Program-made: the position numbers and the translations under genes
The notes under the pieces: generated by a model
Database searches by the model: none
What the model saw: only the letters and a program-made list of their open reading frames with translations
Told to the model about the DNA's origin: nothing
Source: Chiloscyllium plagiosum
Lineage: Eukaryota
Assembly (NCBI RefSeq): GCF_004010195.1
Contig: NC_057718.1
Location: 48,605,859 to 48,669,858 of the forward strand
Reading direction: 5' to 3'
Length of the DNA stretch: 64,000 nucleotides
In this document: positions 14,241-27,832 of the stretch, piece by piece
Layout: every line of letters starts with the position of its first letter
Position numbering within the stretch: position 1 is the stretch's first letter

Positions 14241-14744
14241 TGCTACTGTTCCGATCTCCCAACAAGAGTCATGCTCTACCATTTCCACTATTTTCTGCAG
14301 CATCTTCCCTTCACCATCAACTATCATCCACTACAACTACAACATCACTGACCACTGTCAAAAATTCTTGACTTGTGTTTAGCTTGGTACGTTTAGTATG
14401 ATAGGAATCCATATATTAATAAGGTAAGATGTTCCATCAACAATCTGTAACTCCCCTTAATAAGCAACCAAGAAGCTTGTCCGCACACCCAGAAGATGAT
14501 TAAAAGTCACAGTGAGTTGTTCCTGACATCGTGATGTTTTTCCAAGTCAGGATGGTGAGTGCTTGGAAGGTAACTTACAAGTGGTCATGAGCCCGTGTGT
14601 CTGTTCCCCTTGTTCTGATCAGTACACTTTTTGTGTTTGGAAGATGCTGTCTAAGGAGCCTTGGTAAATTTCTGCAGTATGTCTTGTAGATGATACGCAT
14701 GGGTGTTACTGAACGATGGTCAGTAGGGGAGGGAATGAATGTTT

Positions 14745-15120
14745 AGACCATAACGTTAAGACCATAGGAAATAGAAATATTCATCTCCTCAAGCCTACTT
14801 CATAACTCAAGTGGATCATCCCTGATCTGACACTCATCACATCCACCTTCCTGCCCTTTCTCCATAACCCTTGTTTCCTCTTACTGATCAAGAATCCATC
14901 TATATCAGCCTTAAATATACACAAGGATTCTGCCCACTGCTCTCCCCAGCATGGAGTTCTGAGGACTTGCAATCCTCTGAGGGAAGAAATCACTCATCTC
15001 ATTCTTAAATTGATGTCTTTTTTTTCTGATAATGCCCTCTGGTCTGAGACTCTCCCATGAGGGGAACATCTTCTTACTGTTTACCCTGTCAAAATCCTTA
15101 AGAATCCTGAATGTTTCAAT
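14745..15120 (-). mobile_element. CR1 LINE 3' fragment
   Basis: IETFRILKDFDRVNSKKMFP..ESLRPEG..FFPQR and IFKADIDGFLISK; tail agaccata repeat. Confidence 0.8.
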
Positions 15121-15356
15121 CCTATATGCTTGTAAATGTGCTACCAGAATGGACAGTTGCATTCCCTGAGATTGTGTCCTGGATGAGTGTTGATAGAGTT
15201 GATGAGTTATCCTGTCAATTGGACAGGATTCCTTCACACTCCTGACTTGTGCCTTATAGATGATGGACAGGCATTGGGGAGTTAGGAGGTGAGTTATTTT
15301 TTGTAAGATTCTCAGCCTCTGACTTACACCTGGAGCCACAGTACCATTATGACTAA

Positions 15357-15492
15357 AGGCAAAATACTGTAGAAGCTGGAAATCAGATACAAACACTGAG
15401 AATGCTGGAGAATCTCAGCAGGTCTGGCAGCATCTGTGGAAAGAGAAACAGATTTAATATCTTGAGTCCAGGATGAATCTTTTCAGAACTAT
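15357..15492 (-). mobile_element. Penelope-derived short element
   Basis: aaaatactgtagaagctggaaatc...tgctggagaatctcagcaggtctggcagcatctgtggaaagagaaacag. Confidence 0.7.
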
Positions 15493-16173
15493 TTGAACAG
15501 TTCAGTTCAATTTTTGCTTAACGACAACCCCAGAAGTTGATAGTGAGGGATTCAGTGATGGTTACGCCACTGGATGTCAGGGATCAATAGTTAGATTTTC
15601 TTTCGTTGGAGATGATCATTGCCTCATATTTGTATGGTGTGAATGTTACTTGCTACTTGTCAGCCCAAACCTGGAAAATATCCAGGTTTTGCTGCAATTG
15701 GACTTGGACTATTATAGTATCTGAGGAGTAAGGAATGGTGCTGAACATTGTGCAATGATCAGTGAACATTCCTACTTCTAACCTTATGATGGAGGGGAGT
15801 CATTGTTGAAGCAGCTGAAGATGGTTGGGCCTAGGACATTACCATGACAAACTCCTGCAGAGATGTCCTGGAACTGAGATGACTGACCTCCATCAATCAG
15901 AACCATCTTTCTTTGTGTCAGATTTGAGAGCTTTCCCTTTGCTAAGGTTTCTTGATGCTGCCCTTTGTGAAATGTGATCCTGATGTCACTTTATCACTGG
16001 GGTTCAGCTCTTTGCCTATGTTTTAACTAAGGTTCTAATAAGCTCAGGAGCTAAATGGCCCTGACAGAATCCAAACTGAATATAAGTGATGTTGTTGCTA
16101 TGCCAGTGCTCCTTAATAGCACTGTTGATAACACCATCCATCACTTTACTGATGATCTATAATAGCTGGATGG

Positions 16174-16618
16174 TTCATTGATATACATTGAGAGTGCGCC
16201 TGGAGGTCCATCAACTCCGTGAAAGATGCTCTTTGGTCTGCCCAAAACCTATTGGTGTCCAGAGCAAGGCGTTGACCTCGATTGAGTTTTGCAGACTGTC
16301 ACACTGCAAGACCCAGGATTACGTGCTGAGGGATGTGCCAAAGCTAGGGGCAGCTGCTGCCAAGGCACAGTGGGGAAAGACCGCTGTCTCAGGGCATTCT
16401 GCTGAAGTTAATTAGGGATCCATTCAGGTGCCACAAATATACTAAATAAAATCTTGTACAAGTAAGAAATGCCTTTGGTTTGTTTGTTCGATAGAGTCAT
16501 AATCCAATGTTTGTTTATTTCTTCATAGTATACTGTACAGAATCAAACTGCTTTAGTGAATAAGTATGTATATAAAGATAATTTTTTTGCAATAAAGCAT
16601 ATTTGTGAAGGAAAAAAA
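16174..16618 (+). mobile_element. Tx1-clade (L1 group) LINE 3' end
   Basis: Reads CAWRSINSVKDALWSAQNLLV / SKALTSIEFCRLSHCKTQDYVLRDVPKLGAAAAKAQWGKTAV, the Tx1 ORF2 C-terminus; AATAAA at 16591 then an A-tail; host LINE resumes at tggggttgtaattgg. Confidence 0.8.
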
Positions 16619-16824
16619 TGGGGTTGTAATTGGCTGAGTTGGATTTGTCCTGCTTTTTGTGTCAGGACATAAGTGAGCAATTTTCTCCATTGTCAGGTTA
16701 ATGGCAATGTTCCTGAACGGCTTGACTCGGGAAATAGCAAGTTCTGGAGCAGAAATCTATTGTGGAATGTTATCAGGGACCGTGGCTTCTTCACTATCTA
16801 ATGCCTCCAACCACTTCCTGACAT

Positions 16825-17221
16825 CGGAGGCTGAGGGGTGACCTTATAGAGGTTTACAAAATTGTGAGGGGCATGGATAAGATAAGTAGACAAAGTCTAT
16901 TCCCTGGGATTGGGGAATCCAGAACTAGAGGGCATAGGTTAGGGTGAGAGGGGAAAGATATAAAAGAGACCTAAGGAGCAACATTTTCGCGCAGAGGATG
17001 GTAGGTGTATGGAATAAGCTGCCAGAGGATGTGGTGGAGGCTGGTACAATTGCAACATTTAAGAGGCATTTAGATGGGTATATGAATAGGAAGGGTTTGG
17101 AGGGATATGGGCTGTGTACTGGCAGGTGGGCCTAGATTGGGTTGGGATATCTGGTCGGCGTGGACAGGTTGGACCGAAGGATCTGTTTCCATGCTGTACA
17201 TCTCTATGACTCTATGACTCT
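16825..17221 (+). mobile_element. CR1 LINE 3' fragment
   Basis: RLRGDLIEVYKI...RGERYKRDLRSNIFAQRMVGVWNKLPEDVVEAG; (CTATGACT)n tail. Confidence 0.9.
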
Positions 17222-19994
17222 GTGGAGTGAATTAAATTGGCCAAAGATTTGCATATATGAAGCTGGAGACCTCTGAAAGATGCTGAAATGGTTCATCCAT
17301 TGGCACTTCTGGCTGAAGATTGTTGGAAATTTTTCAGTCTTATCTTTTGCCTGAATTTCCAGGCCCCCTAGTATTGAGGAAATATATGTGGAACCTCCTC
17401 CACTGAGTAGTTTAATTTTGCAGCATCATTCATGGTAGGATTGGTAGGACTGCAGAGCTTAGATCTTGCTGGTTGTTTGTTGAACTGCTTAGTTCTGTCC
17501 ATCACTTGCTACTTATCCTGTTTGCCATGCAAGTGGTCCTGTTTTGTAGCTTCACCAGATTGACACTTTATTCTCAGGTATGCCTGGTGCTGCTCCTGGC
17601 ATGCCCTCCTGCACTGTACATTAAAAAAAGGGTTGATCCCCTGGCTTGGTGGTAATGGTGGAATGGAGATATAAGGTCCCATAAGTTACATATTTTGGAG
17701 AACAGTTCTGCTGCAGATGATAGCCTACAGCACCTCTTAGATGCCAAGCCTTGAATTGCTAGATCTGTTTGAAGTCTGTTCAATTTAGCACGGTGATAGT
17801 GCCATACAATATTGCGGAGGGTATTCTCAATGTGAAGGTGGGATTTCAGCTCCACAAAGTCTGTGCGGTGGACTCTCTTACCAATGCTGACATGGACAAA
17901 TGCATTTGCAGTAGTCAGATTGGAAAGAATGAGGTCAAGCGGGTTTTCCCCTCAGCACCCAGCAGCCAACCAATCTAATTAAAGATTGTCTTATTATTCT
18001 GACATGACCGACTCCCAACATTGACTTTGATTTCTCATGAGTTGGCGTAGACCATGGATAAGTATGTTAAATAAATTATCAACAATTACACAGCTTCTAA
18101 CTTGTTGGAAATACATTGATTACGCAATGTTTGTAATATCTTAACAAACCTGCCAATCAAACAAAGTCATGATTCTTACCAGCTTTCTGACCTTTGAGCG
18201 AACCTATCACTAATTTACAGAAGACAGAGGCCTTAAACCTTTCAGCTTAATACAACACAGAGATAGGGCCTGAAGAATGGAGCGAGTTGGGTAGATCTTT
18301 TATAAACGGTACAGGCATGATGGGCTGAATAGTCTCTTCTGCACTGTAAAATTCTATGATTCTATATTCACATTATATTTTAAATTTCTATAGTTGTAAA
18401 ACAATGCAGCTATTATGAACAGTACCACATAAGTGTGTTCTAGCAGTTTGATAAAATGTTACACATCTTCTATGTTCTATGTTCTATATACACATTTCTT
18501 GTCCATCACACTTCAATTATCACACTTCTCAGGTAACAGCATTTGATACATATATAATACTTCATTACAGACAGATTGCAGAATTTCTGCACATGTTTGA
18601 TCAGCTCATATTGAAATTGTTGTACACTACAAAACCCAATTAATCTGAGCAATTGCACTTAGAAGAGGACAATGACAGCTGGAGAACATACTGATGTACA
18701 CCACTGGAGTAAATCATTTTAACATCTTAAGTCCTTCTGATCTGCAGGTTGAAACTGACACTTTCAATTTCAAAATTCAGAAATAAACTAATAATCAAGA
18801 ATTGAATAGTCGTGGAGTCTATTTACTTTATTGCAAATATATTTTGAATGATCTGTGCATACTAATTAGACCACCGTGTATAACTTTTATCTTGACCTAG
18901 GTGTTTTGGTTTCAGAGTCTCTAAAACCATTGATGTAATGTAGGACCATATGGATATCAAAACACCCACCTACCCATTTACCATGCTACCTACCTGCCAT
19001 CCTACCACTTACATTACCTGCTGTACCCACAGTCTTTAAACAATGGTGGACCAGCTTGAAAGGCCAAATGTCTTCTTCCTACTCCTGTGCTCCTATTTAC
19101 CTACTTACCTAACCCACCAAACCACTCTAGCACCTTACCCATTCACTAACACTCACACAGCACATTTAAATGTTTCCAGCTAGTGCTGTGAAAAGGGGCC
19201 ATGTCTTCTGCGCAGATGGTCTTTTCAGGTTTCTGTGTGGATTTCTGTTTTGAGAGTTCTTCAAGATGCAGTGGCAGAAATTGGAAACTTTTAAATGTAA
19301 CCTGGTAGTGCACAACTTTCTGACTGATCAGCATTCCAGCTGATAATTTCAGCACTGTTTGGAAGATTAGGATATTTATGTTTACTTTGCAACTATTACA
19401 TAAGGATGATTTCCTTTGGAGCAGTTTAGCAGATTAAGTCTCCTTGATTAAACATTCCTATAAAATAATTGTACAACACAATATATCATTAAGAGAACAA
19501 TGAACACCAATTTCTATTGAAAAATGTATGTGTTTTTTTAAAAAAATACATTTTTCTTAAGTATATTTGTTGTGCAAAAGCAGTCTTATTCCTTCAAACT
19601 TTTTCATCTCAAAATGATTGCGAACTACTGTAAATCACTGTGCATGCGTCGATATGTCACAAGAGCAATCTCATTTTACTCCTCCAAAAGTCATGTTTTT
19701 GCACATACTTAATGAATAAGTGACTCCCTTTTTGACCACAAAATGCTATTTTCACATGAGGATTCAGCCTCGGTTTCTCCTTATCAGTGTCTTATAATTG
19801 TGCATCTGGGATCAAGCAGTTGATATGGGTCATATTGCGAAGGTGAGGAGTTTAAGATGCTTTTACATCCAAAACAGATGCCTTTCAAAATAGTGATCAC
19901 CCCACACCCATGCTCAGTACTTCACTTATAACTTTGGCACAAAAGGTGGCACCCACTTTTAGAGAGATTTTTTCAAGGTTTTAAAGGTTGATTT

Positions 19995-20405
19995 TGATTT
20001 GGTGTAAAGGAGTTTTATCAGGCTTCTGTCTATGTTGGAGTGTCTGAAACATGAGGAAAGGTTGGATAGTCTGGGATGATTTTCCTTGGAGCAGCAAAGG
20101 TTAAAAGGGGACGTATAGATGTGTATAAGATTATAATGGACATAGATAAGGTGGATAGGAAGGTAGATTTTTCAGTATTAGAAACGTCGATAATTAAGGG
20201 GCATATATTTATGATAAAAGGTATAAGATTAAGAGGAGAGTTGAGAAGAAATATTTTCACTCAGAGATTGAGAGTCTGGAACTCTATGCCTGAAAAGGTG
20301 GTTGAGTCAGAAACACTTGTACCATTTAAATAATATTTAGATATTCACATGCCTTGCCATAGCCTCTGGAGCTATGGGACAAAAGCTGGAAAATAGGATT
20401 AGTCA
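19995..20405 (+). mobile_element. Degenerate CR1 3' fragment
   Basis: ORF 20076-20333: GRIDVYKII..IDKVDR..RGELRRNIFTQR..WNSMPEKVVE. Confidence 0.8.
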
Positions 20406-20407
20406 AA

Positions 20408-20570
20408 ATTCAACAAAGAACTGTGGATGCTGAAAATCTGAAACAAAAATAGAAATTGCTGGAGAAACTCAGCAGATCTGGCAACATCTATGGAGAGAAA
20501 GCAGAGTTAATGTCCAGTGACCTTTCTTCAAACCTGCTGAGTTTCTCCAGCAATTTCTGTTTTTGTTTTA
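20408..20570. mobile_element. Penelope-derived fold-back element inserted in the CR1 tail
   Basis: aaacaaaaatagaaattgctggagaaactcagcag ... ctgctgagtttctccagcaatttctgtttttgttt inverted arms. Confidence 0.75.
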
Positions 20571-21783
20571 TACCTTTGTTGACCAGTATAGCCTTATTAT
20601 GTGCTGTATATGAGGAGATAACCTATATGTCAACATCCATGGTGGTTAAAGAATACTTATGAATTGTATTAATGGATACTTGAAGATAGAAAAGGTGTGA
20701 GGGATAAGAATGAAAAGGACAAAGTGAAACAGAAATTTAGAAAGGCAGCATTATGTTTCATTCTACAACATTTCAGAAGTACACAAGTAGAGAAATACCC
20801 ACAGGCAATTGTTTTGAAAATACAGCCGTGTGTCACAGATGGTAATTGTTGCATTTTGAATGAATGATCTGTATTTGCTCACTAATGGTATTCAATAACC
20901 TTTGCACATTTTTGGAGTAATTTTCAATTTACTGAAGAAGCAGAAAATTGGCATTCACATTTGATACCCATTATAGAACTGTCTTTTAAACTAGAGCTAC
21001 ATATCAATTAGAATTTGATTCATAATGTCACATTTGAACTCTTGCAGTAAGTTACCCCGAAAGTGTCAGCCATTGAGGAACATTCATCAGTCATTGAAAG
21101 ACATGTTAAGTTTAAGAAGTCTCATATTCTCCACATTTTCTCCTCTTTTTGTTGCTTCTTCTGATATTGTTAGCCCTTGGCACACTGAAATTCTCTATAT
21201 AACCACAGTGCAAATCAGTTTATTATAATATGTCTGACACTGCACACTACATTCACAATTTATCAGAAGTACTCTTAAGGATTTTCCTAACACATTGATT
21301 TGAATGAGAAACATAACATGCTAAGAGCAGTCAACAATACAGCCAATGTCTGTAGAAAGAACAGAAAAATTAATGTCTTAGGTCGTGTAGTCTTCACCAG
21401 AATCTACTTGATACATTCAGTAACCTGTTCACTTCATGGATGCAAACTAACCTGCTAAGTATTTTCAGCCTGATCTTTTTCTGCCAGATTTTCACTATCA
21501 ATTTTTCTTTGCCTTTTGTTCATTGATTTCAGCAATTGTTTTATTTTACTAGAAGCAGTTTTCAAACTAAATTTGAAAGTCATGGGACTGTTAGATTGGC
21601 TGAATGGGGCTGAGAGCCAGTACTGCTTTGTCTGAGCAAAAATCAAACTTAACCTGCTAGACAACTAGATTCAATCTGCGTATTTGCATATTTCACCTTG
21701 TGAAGGTTGCTCATGGTGGTTTGTACACTGAACAGAAGCTGTACTTCCTAATCATGGAAGGTTGTGGTTTTTCACCTTCTCAC

Positions 21784-21877
21784 CATGGCTTTTCTTTGGA
21801 GGGAAGTTGATGTGGGCACCTTTTGTGAGCTTACTGTGGCTCATAGTGAAATGGACCAAATTAGCAGGTAAGTAGAT
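21784..21877 (-). other. Candidate internal exon (94 nt)
   Basis: Long minus-strand polypyrimidine tract ending ctttgtctcccctaaag|ATC; donor CATG|gtgaga. Confidence 0.3.
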
Positions 21878-22719
21878 CTTTAGGGGAGACAAAGAAGAGG
21901 AGAGTTACAAAAGCCGAGAAAGAGAAAATAAAATACAAAAGATTACTAAAATACAACATCTCATCATTTCATTAGAAACAATCTAAAGTGCTTCATATAT
22001 GTGAAATTTAGGCATATAGTTGACAACTGTCTGTCTCTGCAACAGATAACTGGCTGTTGTGGCTCTCATTCTGTGGGTCTATATGATTCCTTTTCCATAA
22101 ATTTCACCTTTCACCATTTTTGCAATTACACCTTCGCAAAAGAAGCAATAAACAGTTTGACAGAGAAACAGTGGGTAAGGAGCTGCTATAAGAAAGGAAG
22201 GGAAGGGAAATGGCAGGAAAGTTCTATACTACAATCCAAGGGACAAGAGGATCATCCAAGGACAATAGAATCTATCTAGTATATCCCCATGGTGGGAATA
22301 TCCTGTGGTAAACTGGAGTGGGAGGGAAGTTCCAACTGAATGCTACACGGGACATATGTATTCTCTCGATCTTACCAGCGTGGGAGAACATGAAAGAGAA
22401 GTGTTGGATAACTACTGTCAGTCAAATTTAAATGTAGTTCTCCCACCATACTGTTGAGAAGGTTGTTATTTTAATGTTTAAACTACTGTCATACTGGTTT
22501 TAGAAAAAGTCCCATTTATTTGAATAATTTTGGGCAGTTTTGCAGCTCTTAAGGTGCTAAACTGGACTCTGAAGTATCTAATTGTGAGTTCAAAATCTAA
22601 TCTTGATTGGTAACTTGGATTATTTTCATGCTCAAATGTACCCCAGCATACCTGCAGGCTTTTGGTCTTAATATCTTTGACTATTAATTCTATTCACTGG
22701 CTTCAATGTCATACATAGT

Positions 22720-22995
22720 AGCAGCAGTGTGTATCATGTACAAGATGCACTGCAGCAACTGACTAAGGCTCCTTCTTGAGTATTTTCCAACACATCATCT
22801 ACCTCTGGAAGGAGAAGGACCATAGATGCATAAGAATTGCAAGTTCTATTCTGAATCACATTCCATCCTGACTTGGAACTATATCACGTTCATTCACTGT
22901 CACTCACTCAAATCATGGAACTTCTTCCCTAACAGTGCCATGGGTGTGTCCACACTGCATAGATTGCAATGGTTTAAAAAGGATGTTCACCACTC
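22720..22995 (+). mobile_element. Family-B LINE 3' fragment
   Basis: caagatgcactgcagcaact...ccatcctgacttggaactatatc...ggaacttcttccctaacag. Confidence 0.65.
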
Positions 22996-23310
22996 TATTC
23001 ATTTCAAAAATGAAAATCACCATAATTATCATCTGTTATACAAAGATCAAAAGTTAGATTTTCCATGCCCATTTTTCTTTCCTGTTTTCATACAAGATTG
23101 TGACTGAGTCCATATTGGCAGCCAGCACAATTTTTGAAATTGATGAAGATACCATTCACTAAGGTTAACTTTAGGAAGAAAGACTGATGCAAAAGATTAA
23201 TCAGATTTAGAGGCTGGGCAAGTAATTATGCTGCGTATTGTGGAATTATATATTACCTGTGCCACAACCCTCCACAGATTTCAATTAGCCCACATCTTCT
23301 GGTATTTGGA

Positions 23311-23381
23311 ATGTCAGGGAGAACAAGTTACATGTCAGGGAGGACAAGTTACATGTCAGGGAGGACAAGTTACATGTCAGG
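23311..23381. repeat. 21-bp minisatellite, ~3.4 copies
   Basis: Unit atgtcagggaggacaagttac; one substitution in copy 1. Confidence 0.95.
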
Positions 23382-24059
23382 ACCCCACAGATGTCCTGAC
23401 ATCTATGAGAATGTCCAAACAGCTTGTAATTCTGCTGAGGAATTTCCCCGCTTCCTATAACCTTATTTTGATTTACTAACCTGAATAGTCACCAATAAAA
23501 TGTCAAAAAGAAAATTCTGAGTTTAGATCTGAGGTAATCACAGAGCTTACTTTCTTTACTACCCTAAATCTGAATGAACCTCAGTCCACCCAACCACACA
23601 AATACCCTCCCGGACTCCTCTGACTACAAATCCCCCCACCAAACCAACCTGACTACCCCTCCTGGTCAGACCTGACTCACCTCCACCACCATACTCCCTT
23701 GACCCAATCAGGATAACCCTGACCACATGGTTACCTCACTTTACCTGACATTCCTCCCAACACAGCCCAACTACTCACTCACCTATCTCACCCACCTGGC
23801 ACCTTATTTACCTGCCATTGTATCAACCTTCTGCCCCATCACGTTGTCCAATTGCCATTCTACCATCCTATGCAACTACCACCCAACCACTCAACTTGCC
23901 TCCCAAATTACCAACCAGCCCACCCAACTTTCACCTCGTCTACTTTCTATCCAATCTACTTACCTACTTACTAAAGTAAACTAAGTAAACTAGTAAACTA
24001 TGGGCACATTTTGCTGAGCATCTCATTCGGGCCTGTAAGGGCCAGCCAGACCTCCTGGT

Positions 24060-24540
24060 CACCCCCAATTTCAATTCCCCTTCCTATCCCTCTCTGACAT
24101 GCTCATCCTTAGTCTCCTCCGTAGCCACAGTAAATCAGACTGCAAATTGGAAGAGCAACACCTCATCTTCCACCTGGGCAGCCTACACCCCAGAGGACTC
24201 AGCATTGAGTTCTCCAATTTCAAACAATCTTCCCACCCATCCCCGACTCCATATCCAGCCCGCCTCCTCGCTTCCACCCCTCCGACCGACCCTTCCCTCT
24301 AGCTAACAACTGGATTCATTCCTCCCATTGACCAACCAGGTCATACACTCTACCTGTGCTAACCTATCTCTACCTCACCATTCTGCCCCTCTCCCCACCC
24401 ATAACCCTTCCCCTCTTTATCTGCAGCTTCCCCTACTCCCACCTCCATTCCTGAAGAAGTGTTACACCCAAAATGTTGACTACTCCACCTCCTGATGTTG
24501 CCTGGCTTTGCTGTGATCTTCCAGCCTCCTGCTTGTCCTC
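24060..24540 (+). mobile_element. Penelope-like element 3' end (GIY-YIG C-terminus plus pLTR)
   Basis: KLEEQHLIFHLGSLHPRGLSIEFSNFK; pLTR attcctgaagaagtgttacacccaaaatgttgac...cctgatgttgcctgg. Confidence 0.8.
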
Positions 24541-24835
24541 TCCTCTAGCTACAAGACATAAGCTAGGAATGTGATATACTTGCCTGAGTAAGTGCTGTTT
24601 CAGTCAAGAAACTCATTACCACCCAGCACAAACAGTTCACTTATCATCCTATTTGTCACCATAAACATTTACTACCTCCATTGCATTGTTTTCCAGAGTT
24701 TATTATCTGCAAGATGTGTTCAGCAACTTGTCAAATTTTCCAACATTACTTCCCAAATGTATGATGTCTATAATATGGAAGGAGTCAGATACAAGGAAGC
24801 AGTGCCACTCGCAATTGCTCCACTGAGTCACACTG

Positions 24836-25045
24836 ATTTTATTTGATTTGATTTATTATTGTCACATGTACCTAGGTACAGTGAAAACGTTTGTTTTGCA
24901 TGCAGGTCATAACATACAAAGTGCATAAGGGTAATAGAAGAGAGCGAGGAATGAAAGAGCAGAATGACTGTAAGATATTTAACAATAGGATCTGCTGTAG
25001 AGAGCTCGCAAAGAGTTGCCATGGCTTCGGCGCCATCTTAGAACC
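24836..25045 (-). mobile_element. Short internally deleted LINE derivative, possibly Rex1/Babar group
   Basis: Minus strand starts ctaagatggcgccg and ends ttcactgtacctaggtacatgtgacaataataaat(caaat)n. Confidence 0.45.
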
Positions 25046-26240
25046 TGTAACTAACACCATTCCTTCGGCATTACCTGATTTCCTGGAGCTCCATTCAAAC
25101 AGCACCATGGATTGCAGAAGAGAGTTCATTGCCAACTTCTCCAGGATCTTTAGAGATGAATCACGAAAGATGGCCTTGTCCTCATGCCCATAACACATAA
25201 ATAAATAAAAATAAAATATTATACTTGCGGCATTTTGGGTCACTTTTCAGAGAAATGATAAAATGCTGTTTAACCACAAGTATTTCTTGGTTTCATATGG
25301 AGCATCAAAGTGCAGTTAAGTCAAATTGATCGCAGCTCATGATTTCAACTTGCCTAAATGCTGAATTCTCTCAATTTTAACCATGGATACTGCATAAGTC
25401 ACAGACCTTGTCAAATGTCTCCCTGTGCTCTAGTTTCATGTTAGATTAATTAAACAGAATTTGAAGAACTAAAAGAAACAGAATTGTTGAAACAACTGTA
25501 AGTTTTTCATTCATATCACCATCATGCTTTTCACATAACTCATCATGGTAGAGTTTGTCACTAAAATGTTGCTATTACATAAGCATTAATATTGTCCAAT
25601 TTAAAAATTGCTTTCCACAGAAAATTTGTTACATACAATAGATAAAAAAGAGTACTTGTAAAAAGAGAACTATAGAGAATTTCTGACTGATATTTTTATT
25701 TTGTGCTTAGAAAATTGAAGAGAGGTATTTAAAGATACAGGGCTAAAATCTAGATGAATCCATTAACTGACATAAGGATTGTGACATGTAATTTGCTCTC
25801 ACCCAATAGTAATAATAGAGGCAGCATGCAACTCTGTGCTAAGTACACTGCAGAGTGATTGTGAACTGAACAGAAGTCTCAGGTTCTTGGGAGCACAGTG
25901 TCAGTCAAAACTAGCCTGTAATCCTTGAATCCAGTCTGCAAATGGGTAATTGTATTTTGGCTACAGTAGTGCAAGCAATAAGAATAACAGGAGAAGGGAG
26001 AGACATGGATAGTTCTGCTACCAAGCAGAGAGAAGGCTAAAGGAGTCTAAAACCATAGAATGGCCTTTTGTAGGAGGTTGAAGAACTGATGAAGTTAGAT
26101 GGGGCCAGAAGACCTTCCAGATAAATACAGTGAGGGTAAAAGGTGCAGCTAGTTTCTGAATTTAATGGCAGGAATGCGGCCCTGGCTACCCTATAACTCT
26201 CAATCGCCCCAATTGAACCTTCACGTCTCATCTTGAGATA

Positions 26241-27187
26241 GGGATTTTAGTAAGGCGTTTGATAAGGTTCCCCATGGTAGGCTACTGCAGAAAATACGGA
26301 GATATGGCATTGAGGGTGAGTTGGAGGTTTGGATTAGAAATTGGCTGGATGGAAGAAGACAGAGGGTAGTAGTTGATGGCAAAGTTTCTTCATGGAGTGC
26401 CGTCACTAGCGGTGTTCCGCAAGGATCTGTTTTGGGACCATTGCTGTTTGTCATTTTTATAAATGACCTGGAAGAGGGGTTAGAAGGTTGGGTGAGCAAG
26501 TTTGCGGATGATACGAAAGTCAGAGGAGTTGTTGACAGTGAGGAAGGATGTGGCAGGTTACAGCAGGATATAGAGAAGCTGCAGAGCTGGGCAGAAAGGT
26601 GGCAGATGGAATACAATGTAGCTAAGTGCGAGGTGATTCACTTTGGGAAGAATAACAAAAAGATGGGGTACTGGGCTAATGGTCGGATACTTGGTAGTGT
26701 GGATGAGCAGAGGGATCTTGGTGTCCATGTACACAGATCTCTGAAAGTTGCCACCCAGGTAAATAGTGCGGTGAAGAAGGCATATGGCGTACTGGCTTTT
26801 ATTGGTAGAGGAATTGAGTTCCGGAGTACTGAGGTCATGTTGCAGTTGTATAAGACTCTGGGTGCGGCCGCATCTGGAGTATTGTGTGCAGTTTTGGTCA
26901 CCATACTATAGGAAGGATGTGGAGGCACTGGAACGGGTGCAGAGGAGGTTTACCAGGATGTTGCCTGGTATGGAAGAAAGATCGTTCTTCACTCAGCGAG
27001 TCGTAAGTTCATGGAATGCCTTGCCAGTAGCAGTGGTGGACTCTCCCTCTTTATGGGCATTTAAGCGGGCATTGGATAGGCATATGGAGGATAGTGGTCT
27101 CGTGTAGGTTAGGTGGGCTTGGATCGGCGCAACATCGAGGGCCAAAGGGCCTGTACTGCGCTGTATTCTTCTATGTTCTATGTTCTA
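26241..27187 (+). mobile_element. Young 5'-truncated CR1 LINE with frameshift and internal deletion
   Basis: DFSKAFDKVPHGRL..SGVPQGSVLGPLLFVIFINDL..KFADDTK..; RFTRMLPGMEERS joins directly to FFTQRVV; (TTCTATG)n tail; CpGs retained. Confidence 0.95.
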
Positions 27188-27832
27188 AAATGGTTACAAT
27201 GTAGGAAGAAATGCAATTATCTCACAAGTGGTCCATATCAGAGAAATTATGTTCAAATGCCATTTTTCAGTGCAGCACTAACCTTGAAGCTGTGCAATAT
27301 ATAATATCCATCTCACTCACCCGTTCATGTGGTGAGTTACTGTGCATATGTGGGCTGCATGCAACTGGGGAAAAGATGGTGGGTATGCTAGTTCACTGGA
27401 GATTTAAATCTGCCCAGGAATTCAGTGAGAAGGCATGCAGGGCAAACGTTCACATAGGAGTATTGGATATGTGGATAGGCCTGACAAAAAGTTTGTGGTC
27501 ATGGCCAAGGAACATAGCATCCCTGAATCATTGAATGGATACAACAAATAGGGAGGCTATTTGGGCTATCATCCCAATGCCAATTTAGCTAGTCCCATGA
27601 GCTGATATGTTGGGGAAACCTTAGCATGTCTTTTATTCTAACCACTAGCTCCATATTTTTCCTCTTTTGCCAATCATCCTAATTTGCACCTTGATCTTTT
27701 CTCAATGGCATTGTGAAGTCGAAAGAGTATATGTTCACTTTAAGAAAGAAAGTGTTTCCTGAATTTAAAGTGCAGCCACAGCTGCCAGAATACAGAACAG
27801 CTAGGAGAGTGGCTGTTCCACAATAGATACAT

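Larger units (their letters stand above)
14490..17950 (-). mobile_element. Old CR1/L2-group LINE (family B), host to four nested insertions
   Basis: Minus strand of ~15720-15910 encodes a decayed SSQFQDISAGV...SVLGPTIFSCF...SIIRLEVGMFTD RT motif; the sequence resumes after each insert. Confidence 0.75.

Noticed and set aside
21785..21867. Plus-strand ORF MAFLWREVDVGTFCELTVAHSEMDQIS ending at CAG|gtaagt
   Set aside because: No good acceptor or promoter, peptide unrecognised, and it overlaps a better-supported minus-strand candidate.
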